A stretch of DNA of 64,000 nucleotides from an uncultured Bacilli bacterium (GTDB lineage: Bacteria; Bacillota_I; Bacilli_A; RF39; UBA660). Under the pieces are notes generated by a model. The model was not told the DNA's origin. It saw only the letters and a program-made list of their open reading frames with translations, and did not search any database. The position numbers and the translations under genes were made by a program. Where the stretch lies: positions 2,634 to 66,633 of the forward strand of contig CALVWG010000080.1 of NCBI GenBank assembly GCA_944364655.1, in the 5' to 3' direction. This document shows, in pieces, positions 10,091 to 19,624 of this stretch (within the stretch, counting starts at the first letter, position 1; every line of letters begins with the position of its first letter).

Positions 10091-11904
10091 TACTTTTCAT
10101 CTCCACTCAAAATACTTAAAAATGCTTCTTGAGGCACTTCTACATTGCCAACCATTTTCATTCTTTTTTTACCTTCTTTTTGTTTTTCTAATAATTTTCT
10201 TTTTCTTGTTATATCGCCGCCATAACATTTAGCTAAAACATTTTTATGCATAGCTGAAATAGTTTCCCTAGCGATTACTTTAGATCCTATGCTTGCTTGG
10301 ATTGGTATTTGAAATAATTGTCTTGGAATTACTTCTTTTAATTTATTAACTATTGCTTTTCCTCTTTGATACGCAAAATCTTTATGAACAATGATTGATA
10401 AAGCATCTACTATTTCACCATTTAATAAAATATTCATTTTTACTAAACTACTAACTTTATAGCCACATATTTCATAATCAAAAGATGCATAGCCTTTTGT
10501 ATAACTTTTTAGTTTATCAAAAAAATCGTAAACAACTTCGGATAAAGGAATTTCATAATGAATATTTACTCTTGTTTCATCAATATATTCTAAGGATTTG
10601 TAAATTCCTCTTTTATTTTGACAAAGTTCCATTATTGAACCAATATAATCACTTGGAACAATGATATTAGTATAAATAAATGGTTCTTCTATTTCTTTTA
10701 TTTTTACTGCTTCAGGCATCTTATTTGGACTATCAACTTCTATTTTTTCACCATTTGTTAAAGTTACATGATAAACAACACTAGGACTTGTTGTAATAAC
10801 TGGTATGCTAAATTCTCTATCTATTCTAGTTGTTATGATGTCCATATGTAAAAGGCCTAAAAAACCAACTCGAAAACCAAAGCCTAAGGCATCGCTAGTT
10901 TCTGGTTCAATTGTTAGGGCTGCATCATTTAATTTTAGTTTTAAAAAGGCTTCTTTTAAAGCTCCATATTTATTTGGTTCGACTGGGAATATTCCAGAAT
11001 AGACCATTGGTTTCATTGGTTTATAGCCGTGAATTGGTTCGCTTGCTTTGTTATTTACAAGAGTAATTGTATCTCCGACATGAACTGATGAAATATCTTT
11101 TATAGCGGCAACAACATAACCAACATCACCACAAACTAACTCTTTTAAATGTTTTTCTTTAGGGGTTCTAACACCTAACTCTGTTACTTCAAATGATGTG
11201 TTAGTTGCCATAAATAAGATTTCATCTTTTTCTTTCAAGGAACCGTCAACTACTTTTACTAATGCAACAACGCCTTTATATGGATCAAAATAAGAATCAA
11301 AAATTAATGCTCTTAAAGGCTTATTGTTATTGATTTTAGGAGCAGGAACTTCTTTTATAATTGTTTCTATTAAATCTTTAACACCCTCACCTGTTTTACC
11401 ACTACAAAGGATGATTTCTTCTTCTTTAAATCCTAAAACTTTTTTTAACTCTTCTTTAACTTTAGGGATATTTGCATTAGGTAAGTCTATTTTATTAATA
11501 ACGGGAATTATTTTTAAATCAGCATTCATTGCCAAATATAAATTGGCAAGAGTTTGAGCTTCAATTCCTTGAGTAGCATCGACAACTAAAATTGCTCCTT
11601 CACAAGCTGCTAAACTACGGCTAACTTCATATGAAAAATCGACATGACCTGGAGTGTCAATTAAATTTAAAATATATTCTTCATCATTTAAATGATAATT
11701 TAATGAAACAGCATTTAATTTAATTGTTATGCCTCTTTCTCTTTCTAGATCCATACTATCTAGTACTTGGTCAACCATCTCTCTTTTAGATATTGCCCCT
11801 GTGATTTCTAAAATACGATCTGCTAAGGTACTTTTACCATGATCTATGTGAGCAATAATGGAAAAATTTCTAATGTTTTCTTGTTTAATTTGTTTAGAAT
11901 TCAT
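10090..11904 (-). CDS. lepA: elongation factor 4 (LepA)
   Basis: 604 aa. N-terminal G1 motif [11 protein letters not shown], then DTPGHVDF and NKID G motifs, and the LepA-specific C-terminal domain. Confidence 0.95.
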   Translation of the reverse strand: MNSKQIKQENIRNFSIIAHIDHGKSTLADRILEITGAISKREMVDQVLDSMDLERERGITIKLNAVSLNYHLNDEEYILNLIDTPGHVDFSYEVSRSLAACEGAILVVDATQGIEAQTLANLYLAMNADLKIIPVINKIDLPNANIPKVKEELKKVLGFKEEEIILCSGKTGEGVKDLIETIIKEVPAPKINNNKPLRALIFDSYFDPYKGVVALVKVVDGSLKEKDEILFMATNTSFEVTELGVRTPKEKHLKELVCGDVGYVVAAIKDISSVHVGDTITLVNNKASEPIHGYKPMKPMVYSGIFPVEPNKYGALKEAFLKLKLNDAALTIEPETSDALGFGFRVGFLGLLHMDIITTRIDREFSIPVITTSPSVVYHVTLTNGEKIEVDSPNKMPEAVKIKEIEEPFIYTNIIVPSDYIGSIMELCQNKRGIYKSLEYIDETRVNIHYEIPLSEVVYDFFDKLKSYTKGYASFDYEICGYKVSSLVKMNILLNGEIVDALSIIVHKDFAYQRGKAIVNKLKEVIPRQLFQIPIQASIGSKVIARETISAMHKNVLAKCYGGDITRKRKLLEKQKEGKKRMKMVGNVEVPQEAFLSILSGDEK

Positions 11905-11973
11905 GTAAATTCACCTAAGTATTATTATACAAAATAAAAAAGATGAAGTAAACTAAAAATCATCTTTCGTTTT

Positions 11974-12306
11974 TTAAGTAAATAAAGCTTTGAAAACATT
12001 AATCATGCCATCAATTCCTTTACTCATTACGGTTTCAATTGCACTAGAAAACATTACGCCAGCTTTAGTTGTTTGGTTAGAATAATCTTGTTTAATATCG
12101 GTAACATAATCTTTTATATCCACATCTAAACCGTTTCTTATATCTTCTTCAAATTGTTTCATTTTTTCATCGGTTATAGTTGTTTTTTCACTTAATTTGG
12201 CTTCATAATAGCCAGTTGAAATAGCTATCGTTAATGAAATATAGACAACAAACAAAATGCCAAGTGCTTTTAAAATCCAAGAGCCTTTGGCCTTTTTTTT
12301 CTCCAT
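11974..12306 (-). CDS. small membrane protein (YqxA-like position)
   Basis: 110 aa with one N-terminal TM helix. Lies between lepA and the spoIIP-like gene, where yqxA sits in Bacillus. Confidence 0.45.
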   Translation of the reverse strand: MEKKKAKGSWILKALGILFVVYISLTIAISTGYYEAKLSEKTTITDEKMKQFEEDIRNGLDVDIKDYVTDIKQDYSNQTTKAGVMFSSAIETVMSKGIDGMINVFKALFT

Positions 12307-13223
12307 TAAGAGTTGATCACCTCTTTTAAAGCAAGTGATAATACATTGATTGTATTATTTACTTCACTTATTTTATTATATTGTCCTCCTAGTTCAATTA
12401 GAATAGTATTTGCAGAAAAATCTTGATTGTAAATTCCATTAACACCATTGCCACCTTTTTTCATAATTCCTCTTGATATATTGGGTACTTTTTGATTTAA
12501 AACTTGAGATAATTTTTCAGCTAAATTTAAATTTTCTAAATATCCTTCATGATCAACACCAATAACAAATAAAATTTTGGCATAGGTTTTACCATTATAT
12601 TCTAAAATTGAGCTTTCATACGGTATAGCATCTCGATGAATGTCAATAAAGTATTTTAAAGTTGAAAATTTATTTAATGCATCATTTAATAAAAGTTTGC
12701 TTGCTTGGTAACTTGATGCATAATTCCAATTATTGATTTTTAAAACTTCACTTATTTTGTTAGTTTCAACCATCGTATTAATTCCTTCATTATTTAATGT
12801 TTCTCGTAGACGATATGCCGCTAACATAACTGTTGGAACAAGATCGTGTTCTGATAAAACATCGCCATTATATTCCTCACCTTGATGAGTATTATATAAA
12901 TAAATAACAGGGCTACTCGCATTTTCACTAGGGTTAGGATCAGGAGTATATTCGGCTTTAGATTCTTCTCCATTATAAATTTCATCTTGATATTCTTGCT
13001 TGCCAATTGTGTAATCTAATAAAAAATCAAAAACATCAGTTTCTACTTCACTGCTATCCGTTAGAAGATTACTTTTTAATAAAAAATCAATTATTTTATT
13101 TTGCGTTAAAAAAGAAGAAAAAAACGACAAACAAGTAGCAAAAGAAATAACTATTAAACTAATTATTAAAAAAAATTTTAATCTAAACTTAGTCTTTTTT
13201 TGACTGATAAATCTTTTGCGCAT
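12306..13223 (-). CDS. spoIIP: stage II sporulation protein P-like (SpoIIP family)
   Basis: N-terminal TM anchor. The IYLYNTHQGEEY motif resembles the SpoIIP (I)YHTH..E.Y signature. Conserved position between the gpr-like gene and lepA. Confidence 0.6.
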   Translation of the reverse strand: MRKRFISQKKTKFRLKFFLIISLIVISFATCLSFFSSFLTQNKIIDFLLKSNLLTDSSEVETDVFDFLLDYTIGKQEYQDEIYNGEESKAEYTPDPNPSENASSPVIYLYNTHQGEEYNGDVLSEHDLVPTVMLAAYRLRETLNNEGINTMVETNKISEVLKINNWNYASSYQASKLLLNDALNKFSTLKYFIDIHRDAIPYESSILEYNGKTYAKILFVIGVDHEGYLENLNLAEKLSQVLNQKVPNISRGIMKKGGNGVNGIYNQDFSANTILIELGGQYNKISEVNNTINVLSLALKEVINS

Positions 13224-13275
13224 ATAATATCACCTAGTGTCATTATATATAAATTAAGACAAAAAAAATGTCGTT

Positions 13276-14019
13276 TTAAGACATTATTATTTTATTAATT
13301 GATTTAGAGATTATTTTAGTTACAATATCTAAATCTTCTTCTAAATTAAATTTTTCTAAATATGTTTTGTGATGTTTTAAAAGAGTTGGAAAGCCAATGG
13401 CTAAAACTGGAATATTAAATGTAGATTTCGAAATTGTTTTATTACTTCTTATTTGATCAGCAAAGACCATACCACAGTCATTTAGTTCAATTGTTCGATT
13501 CAAAAATTTACTCTGATTTGTTACAAAACTATCTAATAAAACTATTACATCTGGTTTTAAATCTTTGACAACCATTTCAATTAATCTAAATGATGATATG
13601 CCTGTTTTGTTAGTTGTTTCAGGACTAAATAAGGCCACTTTTGGGATGGTTAAAAAATCATTATATTGATTAGTGGCAATTAAGCTATTTAATACTTTTG
13701 GTCCAAAAGAATCTCCTAGTATTGAAGAATTACCTAGACCAATAAAAAGTATCGTTCCACCTTTATGATATTTTGTTAAAAAGGTTTTAAATGTTTTTTG
13801 AAAAATTCTTTCTAAAACATTTTGATTTTCATATAATACTTGATCATCAAAAGAAATAGTAAAAAAATCTCCTTGTCTATTATGATATATTTTAGCGTCA
13901 TTTTCATTTAAAGCATAATGTTTAATTAATACATTTTTTTCACGTTTTTGATTAACTAAATGGTCTTTTTCTAAAGATACCCCTGCATCTAATAAAAGAT
14001 TTTGCTTCATAATAATCAC
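13276..14019 (-). CDS. GPR/YyaC-family endopeptidase (germination-protease-like, short form)
   Basis: ILFIGLGNSSILGDSFGPKV matches the GLGN..GD..GP motif of GPR and hydrogenase-maturation-protease fold proteins. Occupies the gpr position. 247 aa is shorter than canonical Gpr. Confidence 0.5.
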   Translation of the reverse strand: MIIMKQNLLLDAGVSLEKDHLVNQKREKNVLIKHYALNENDAKIYHNRQGDFFTISFDDQVLYENQNVLERIFQKTFKTFLTKYHKGGTILFIGLGNSSILGDSFGPKVLNSLIATNQYNDFLTIPKVALFSPETTNKTGISSFRLIEMVVKDLKPDVIVLLDSFVTNQSKFLNRTIELNDCGMVFADQIRSNKTISKSTFNIPVLAIGFPTLLKHHKTYLEKFNLEEDLDIVTKIISKSINKIIMS

Positions 14020-14054
14020 CTTTTACTATTATGAAACAAATTTTTAAAATCATG

Positions 14055-14309
14055 CTATTTAATAAAAAAATCTCCTTGATATTTTCTTATATAATCTTGT
14101 TTCATTTGGTTTAAAAAATGACGATTGTGAAAAATACGATGATGATTTTTAATAACAACTCGGTCCACTCCATAATCATCCACTATTCTGAAAACTCGTT
14201 TTTTTAATGCTTCATATTCTTCTAAGTCTAAATCATTTATTAACTCTATATAAAGAGTTTCATTTAAGTAATATAATTCCATACTATTCACCCATTTATA
14301 ATTTAACAA
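14055..14309 (-). CDS. hypothetical protein (84 aa)
   Basis: ORF only. Confidence 0.35.
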   Translation of the reverse strand: MLNYKWVNSMELYYLNETLYIELINDLDLEEYEALKKRVFRIVDDYGVDRVVIKNHHRIFHNRHFLNQMKQDYIRKYQGDFFIK

Positions 14310-14359
14310 AACATCAAAAAAAAAGATATCATTTCGACAAAATATATCTTTTTTTATTA

Positions 14360-14806
14360 TTAGTTTAATTTTTCTTTAACTTTTTTACTAACTAATGACA
14401 TGTCTGCTACAGTGCCAATTTTTGCAGTTAATATTTTCATTATTTTACCCATGTCTTTTATACTTGTAGGTTTTTCATTAGCAAACACTTCATTAATTGC
14501 TTCATCTATTTTTTCTTCACTTAGTTCTTCTGGTAAATATTTTTGTAAAATATTAATTTCATTTTCTAAATTTTGAATTTCGTTTTCTTTGTTAAATTTT
14601 TGATATTCAGCAATAGAATCTTTTCTTTGTTTAACATTTCTTTTAATGACACTGATTACTTCTTGGTCAGATAAATCTTTTTTTAAGGAAATGCTTTCTA
14701 GTTGAAGGGCACTTTTTAACATTCTCAAAACTGATAAAGTAAATTTGTCACCACTTTTCATGGCATTTTTTAAATCGTTATTAATTTGTTCTAACATAAT
14801 ATTCAT
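14360..14806 (-). CDS. yqeY: GatB/YqeY domain protein
   Basis: 148 aa with close motif conservation to Bacillus YqeY (KNAMKSGDKFTLSVLRMLKSALQ...KQRKDSIAEY...YLPEQLSEE). Downstream of rpsU as in Bacillus. Confidence 0.85.
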   Translation of the reverse strand: MNIMLEQINNDLKNAMKSGDKFTLSVLRMLKSALQLESISLKKDLSDQEVISVIKRNVKQRKDSIAEYQKFNKENEIQNLENEINILQKYLPEELSEEKIDEAINEVFANEKPTSIKDMGKIMKILTAKIGTVADMSLVSKKVKEKLN

Positions 14807-14846
14807 CTCCTAAAATTATTATAACGTTAATGAATTAAAATTTAAA

Positions 14847-15431
14847 CTATTTTTTTAAAATTAATTTCATAACGTTGTCCAATTGCTTTTCCGTTTCCAT
14901 CTGAGTTCCGTTATTATTGATAATATACGGATTATACAAATCTATTTCTTTTTCAGTAAAATCTTTGGAATCGGCAAGAAAACGCCGACAATATTCTTCA
15001 TAATTTGGTTTGGCTTGTTTTCTTTCTCTAGCTAAAGCTCTTTCTAATCTAATATCATCATCAACTTGAAAATAAATTGGAATTATAACTGATTCTCCAT
15101 AAAAATTTATATATTTTTTGTAAGCTTCCCAAGTATTTGAAACTAAATAGTTTTTAGATATATCTATATTTTCACTATTGGTTGCATATGACCAAATACC
15201 ATTTATTGTCTGATAGTTTCTTCTTTCAACTAGTTTTCCTTCTTTTTCTAATAAATCCATTTTTTCTTGACTAATAAAATAATAAGTTTTTTTATCTATT
15301 TCACCAACTCGCATAGGTCTTGTTGTTGAAAGAATTATAGGGTTTAAAGAATATTTTAAGATGGTTTTATAAAAGTAAGTATCTTTTCCTGAACTACTCG
15401 GTCCGATAAACATTGCTATCATAAAGTTCAC
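14847..15431 (-). CDS. guanylate-kinase-like P-loop kinase
   Basis: P-loop GPSSSGKDT followed by ILSTTRPMRVGEIDKKTYYFIS, which resembles the Gmk S.TTR.PR.GE.DG.DY.F motif. Confidence 0.5.
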   Translation of the reverse strand: MNFMIAMFIGPSSSGKDTYFYKTILKYSLNPIILSTTRPMRVGEIDKKTYYFISQEKMDLLEKEGKLVERRNYQTINGIWSYATNSENIDISKNYLVSNTWEAYKKYINFYGESVIIPIYFQVDDDIRLERALARERKQAKPNYEEYCRRFLADSKDFTEKEIDLYNPYIINNNGTQMETEKQLDNVMKLILKK

Positions 15432-15467
15432 TTCCTTAAATATAAAAAGAATACATGGTTAGTATTC

Positions 15468-15659
15468 TTAGTAATTACGATGTTTTCTAGCGTTTCTAAT
15501 GTTTTTCTTTTTTTCTTCTCTTCTTTTTACGCCAGGTTTTTCATAATGTTTTCTTTTCTTTAGTTCTGAAGGGACACCACTTTTGGCAACAACTACTTTG
15601 AATCGTCTTAACGCCTTATCAATATCGCCATCTTTGACAACAACTTTATTTGAATTCAT
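15468..15659 (-). CDS. rpsU: 30S ribosomal protein S21
   Basis: 63 aa, basic. [16 protein letters not shown]...[13 protein letters not shown] matches S21. Confidence 0.9.
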   Translation of the reverse strand: MNSNKVVVKDGDIDKALRRFKVVVAKSGVPSELKKRKHYEKPGVKRREEKKKNIRNARKHRNY

Positions 15660-15756
15660 CTATACTTCCCCTCCCTTCGTCATCTACAACTGATTATATC
15701 ACTATAAAACTAAGTAACGCAAGAAAAATTGTTCAAAAAGGCAAAAAAAAGCCGAA

Positions 15757-16284
15757 TTAAACGGCCATTAACTCTGTTTCTTTTTGCTTTTGTTTCTCAT
15801 CAACAATTTTATTGTATTTAGTAATTAAATCTTGAACTTCTTCTAAGCTGCTTTTTTCTTCGTCTTCTGATAATTCCATTTTTTTAATTTCGTTATTTGC
15901 ATCTTGACGAACATTTCTTAGAGCAATTTTAGCTTCTTCGCACACAGCTTTAGATTGTTTAACATATTCTTTTCTTCTATCTTCGGTAAGCTCTGGGATT
16001 GTTAAAATGATCATTTCACCATTATTAACTGGTGTAATTCCTATATTAGCTTCATTTATAGCCCTTTCAATATCTTTTAAAACGCCACGATCAAATGGTT
16101 TGATGAATAATTGTCTTGCTTCTGGTACGGTAATATTAGCAAGAGATTGAATAGGTGTTGGAGTGCCGTAATATAAAACCATTATGCCATTTAACATGCC
16201 AGGATTAGCACGTCCTGCTCGAATAGTTAATAATCTTTCATCTAAATTTTCTAAAACTTTTTGCATTCTTTTTTCTGTATCCAT
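15757..16284 (-). CDS. frr: ribosome recycling factor
   Basis: 175 aa. RAGRANPGMLNGI, NITVPEARQL and TEDRRKEYVKQ match Frr. Confidence 0.9.
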   Translation of the reverse strand: MDTEKRMQKVLENLDERLLTIRAGRANPGMLNGIMVLYYGTPTPIQSLANITVPEARQLFIKPFDRGVLKDIERAINEANIGITPVNNGEMIILTIPELTEDRRKEYVKQSKAVCEEAKIALRNVRQDANNEIKKMELSEDEEKSSLEEVQDLITKYNKIVDEKQKQKETELMAV

Positions 16285-16297
16285 AATTTCCTTCTTT

Positions 16298-16861
16298 CTA
16301 TATTTTATTTGCCTCTAAGTTATTTCTTAGGACAAATTCTTCTACTTCATTTCTTTTTTTGCTGCCAACTAACTCGTCTACTAAAACTCCATCTTTAAAA
16401 GTCATCACGTAAGGTGTATATTGAAGATTTTTGTTTAATCTTTCATCTAAACTCATAAATTTAACAAAATTTTCATTATCACGATCATATAGACTTCTGT
16501 TAATATAATAAGCTTTTATTTCATATTTTGCAAACATTTCTTTTAAAATTGGAATATACAAAGTACAAGTGTGGCATGAATTTCTTGATGAAATTAATGT
16601 AAAACTTTCTTTATTTTCAACTTTATTTAAAACTTCTTCAATAGATAATTCATCTAAAAAATCTATTATATAATCTGCAGGCATATCACTACCAAAGACT
16701 TTATTATTATCATTTGGCACTTGATCAATAAAATGAATGACAATTCGATCTCCACACATTAATAAAATTAAAGCGAGTACAACACAAATGGCATACAAAT
16801 TTTGTTTCTTTTTTTCATCTAAATTAATCTTTAATAAATGACTATTTTTATTTGTTTTCAT
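16298..16861 (-). CDS. membrane-anchored thioredoxin-fold protein (CxxC)
   Basis: N-terminal TM helix then a thioredoxin-like domain with a CHTC motif. Start moved to MKTNK; the ORF-track N-terminus overlaps the upstream paralog. Confidence 0.5.
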   Translation of the reverse strand: MKTNKNSHLLKINLDEKKKQNLYAICVVLALILLMCGDRIVIHFIDQVPNDNNKVFGSDMPADYIIDFLDELSIEEVLNKVENKESFTLISSRNSCHTCTLYIPILKEMFAKYEIKAYYINRSLYDRDNENFVKFMSLDERLNKNLQYTPYVMTFKDGVLVDELVGSKKRNEVEEFVLRNNLEANKI

Positions 16862-17468
16862 TTGAGTCCTCGATAAATTTTTGAAAATAAACACCAAGTG
16901 TTACTTTTTTTTCATTTTCTTTTTCTTTAGTCCAATAATCAGCTACTGTAATATCACCATGACTAATACTTGTTTCATCATCGTAGAAAATTATTTCACC
17001 ATTCTTTACAAAAATAACAGTTGGCGCGTAAATATTTTTAGTGCCATTATCTAATACTGGTAAAAATGAAGATAATTTATTAACTATATTTTCATAATAA
17101 GAATTATTGGCATTGCGATCATTTTTAAAATTATAATAATATATTTCTTTAATTCCATAATATTTAGCTACTTCGTTTAAAATCTCAGCATAAGGTCTAC
17201 TCCATTCATTTTCTGGAAAACCAAAAAAGATAACTGCAGTGCCTGTATTAATTGTTTCTAATATTTCTTTACCAGTTTTATAATCAAAAATGTTATCACT
17301 AGTTATACCAAATTCTTTTGTAAAGCTTTCCTGATCTGTCATTTTTTTAATCGGTGCATTATAGTCTTTTGTTCCTAAATAGATAAATGCTCCTACTAAA
17401 AACACAAAACTCAAAATGTAAAAAACTTTCTGCCATAAAGGCATAGGTGCTTTTTTAACTTTCATCAA
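16848..17468 (-). CDS. membrane-anchored thioredoxin-fold-like protein (paralog of adjacent gene)
   Basis: N-terminal TM helix (VFYILSFVFLVGAFIYLG). Similar length and architecture to its downstream neighbour. Confidence 0.45.
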   Translation of the reverse strand: MMKVKKAPMPLWQKVFYILSFVFLVGAFIYLGTKDYNAPIKKMTDQESFTKEFGITSDNIFDYKTGKEILETINTGTAVIFFGFPENEWSRPYAEILNEVAKYYGIKEIYYYNFKNDRNANNSYYENIVNKLSSFLPVLDNGTKNIYAPTVIFVKNGEIIFYDDETSISHGDITVADYWTKEKENEKKVTLGVYFQKFIEDSNENK

Positions 17469-17507
17469 AAATCACTCCCATTTAAATTATAGCAACTATT
17501 TTATTAG

Positions 17508-17537
17508 AAAAAAAGACACTTAACAAAAAAAGTGTCT
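17508..17537 (-). terminator. putative rho-independent terminator downstream of pseudopilin gene
   Basis: AGACACT ... AGTGTCT inverted repeat with an A-run on the + strand (T-run on the - strand). Confidence 0.45.
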
Positions 17538-17560
17538 AAAGATTGTTAAAATGTAAAATT

Positions 17561-17926
17561 TTATTCTTCATACGTACATTTTTTTACTTTATTTTCATAT
17601 GTAATTAAAATTCTTTTTGAAGTTGAAATCATTTGATTAGTTTGGGGATCTTTTAAATCGTTGTCTTCAATTAAGCCTTCTTTTAAAATGTCATCAACTA
17701 ATACGGTACATGATCCGCTACTTTGACAACTTTGCTTTAAAGTTTTATTCATATTTAAATCAATGTAAGTACATGCTGCATTTTCTAATGTTTTTTTAAA
17801 ATTTTCATATTGCTCATCTTGTTCTTTTGTATAAGTAGCAGATAAATTACTAACAATAACAGTTCCAATTAAGGCAATTAAACCAATAGTTATAATTATT
17901 TCTATTAATGTAAAACCTTTTTTCAT
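17561..17926 (-). CDS. type IV prepilin-like protein (ComGC/PulG-like pseudopilin) with class III signal
   Basis: MKKGFTLIEIIITIGLIALIGTVIV is the canonical KG|FTLIE prepilin-peptidase site plus hydrophobic helix. Four Cys in the C-terminal domain. Confidence 0.75.
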   Translation of the reverse strand: MKKGFTLIEIIITIGLIALIGTVIVSNLSATYTKEQDEQYENFKKTLENAACTYIDLNMNKTLKQSCQSSGSCTVLVDDILKEGLIEDNDLKDPQTNQMISTSKRILITYENKVKKCTYEE

Positions 17927-18969
17927 ATTTTCTTTTCCTTTCTAATCTTAATTGCTTTTTTGCGTTTAATAAAATGAAATATTAAATAAAAGATAAAACT
18001 AAAGATAACTAATAAATAAAAACTAATTCCTCTTAATAAAATCATTCCAGAAGTGGCTAATGTTTTACCATATATTAATTGATTAGCTTCTAATAGTAAT
18101 CCTTCACTTACCCCTACACCACCTGGAAATGGCATGAAATCAGCTCCTAATGTTATACAAATTTGAAAAGCCATTACTAAAGACAAACTATTTTCATTTA
18201 AGCCAAAAGATCGATATATGACATAACTAATTGCCAAAATGCTAATTCGTTGGCATAGCAAAATTAAATAGGCTTCTAAAAGAATCAACGGGTGTTTTCT
18301 AGTAAATTTAGCACATTCTTGATATTCTTTTAAAGATTCATTTAATTTAGCTTCTTTTTCAGCGATATTTTTAAAATGTAATTTTTTCATTAATTTAATC
18401 ACTAATTTAACTATTTTATACATGATATTTTTGGAATAAATTAAAATAACAAAACAAATCATTAATAAAATTGTTGTAACAAATCCTAAAATTACTAACC
18501 AATTAAATAGTGTGTTAAATGAAAAAAGTTGATCATAAAACAGAATAAAACCAAGGATTGCCAAGGTAATTAAAGCTAATTTATATATTAGCGTATTTAA
18601 TAAAATAACTACACTGTTAACTCGGTACGGAATATCATCATGACTCATTTCCATCATTTGCATAGGTTGGCCTCCCATGCTACTAGGAGTTATGGCTGAA
18701 TAATAAACTTCTGTAAAAACGTAACCAAACGCTTGATAAAAATTAATTTTATATCCCAAATGTTTTAACATTCTTTTTAAATACAAAGCATGAAAAAAAG
18801 CATACGATGCTAATAGGCCAAAAGCTAGTAAAATAATTTCTGGACTACAGTGAACTAAAGAATTTAAAAATTCATTAAAAGAATAATCTTTTAAAATAAA
18901 ATAATAAGTTCCAATAATAAGTAAGACAAATAAAAGAGCTGATAATGCATATTTTTTTTTGTTTTTCAT
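17923..18969 (-). CDS. polytopic membrane protein, flippase-like (UPF0104 / LPG-synthase TM-domain-like)
   Basis: 348 aa with about 8 TM segments. Stop/start overlap with the pseudopilin gene. Confidence 0.45.
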   Translation of the reverse strand: MKNKKKYALSALLFVLLIIGTYYFILKDYSFNEFLNSLVHCSPEIILLAFGLLASYAFFHALYLKRMLKHLGYKINFYQAFGYVFTEVYYSAITPSSMGGQPMQMMEMSHDDIPYRVNSVVILLNTLIYKLALITLAILGFILFYDQLFSFNTLFNWLVILGFVTTILLMICFVILIYSKNIMYKIVKLVIKLMKKLHFKNIAEKEAKLNESLKEYQECAKFTRKHPLILLEAYLILLCQRISILAISYVIYRSFGLNENSLSLVMAFQICITLGADFMPFPGGVGVSEGLLLEANQLIYGKTLATSGMILLRGISFYLLVIFSFIFYLIFHFIKRKKAIKIRKEKKI

Positions 18970-19077
18970 ATATTCACCTACCTTGTTAATTGTATCATAC
19001 CAAAATAAAAAAAGCCACGAATATAAACCAAAATAATATTACAATAATATTACAAATTTATCACAAAGTAAATTATC

Positions 19078-19115
19078 AAAAAACTAACAGCCACCTGTTA
19101 CTGTTAGTTTTTTGT
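19078..19115. terminator. bidirectional hairpin terminator
   Basis: AACTAACAG ... CTGTTAGTT stem with a nested AACAG-CCAC-CTGTT hairpin. A-run upstream and T-run downstream. Confidence 0.5.
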
Positions 19116-19187
19116 TTTTGGACAATTTTTTATTAAACACTAAAATTCTACTTTCATAATTTCCTACTTGTTTTTTATTTTTTAAAG

Positions 19188-19580
19188 TCAATTATTAAAT
19201 CTTAATAAATAACCATCTGGATCTTGTACTAAAAATTCGATATCTTCATAAATTATCTCATTTACTTTATATTTATTAATCATTAATTCTTTAAAAAAAG
19301 AAATATTTTTGCTTTTTAAATTTTCATAATATTTTTTGACATTAGAGACTGTCATGCTAATATTTATTCCTCTTCCAAAAGGATACTCTAAAATGCCGGT
19401 ATTCCAATTATCATTAATTTCTTCAATCATTAGTTGATTTCCTTTCATTTCTAAAAAGCAAAATTTATCATCTTTTCTTTCATACATAATTTTAAATCCT
19501 AATTTTAAATAAAATTCTTTGCTTTTTTCAATATCAGTAACACTTAATTCTGGGATAAGTTTATTAAATTTCATACTCAT
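19188..19580 (-). CDS. VOC/glyoxalase-bleomycin-resistance family protein
   Basis: 130 aa with a beta-alpha-beta-beta-beta module pattern and conserved E/H positions typical of the VOC superfamily. Confidence 0.55.
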   Translation of the reverse strand: MSMKFNKLIPELSVTDIEKSKEFYLKLGFKIMYERKDDKFCFLEMKGNQLMIEEINDNWNTGILEYPFGRGINISMTVSNVKKYYENLKSKNISFFKELMINKYKVNEIIYEDIEFLVQDPDGYLLRFNN

Positions 19581-19624
19581 AAATCCTTTCTAAAAAAGCT
19601 AACAGTTAAAACTGCTAGCTTAAA

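Noticed and set aside
19592-19620. Hairpin plus A-run between valS stop and the VOC gene start
   Set aside because: Only 12 nt separate it from the next start codon and one stem position is mismatched. Possibly an attenuator, but too weak to call a terminator.
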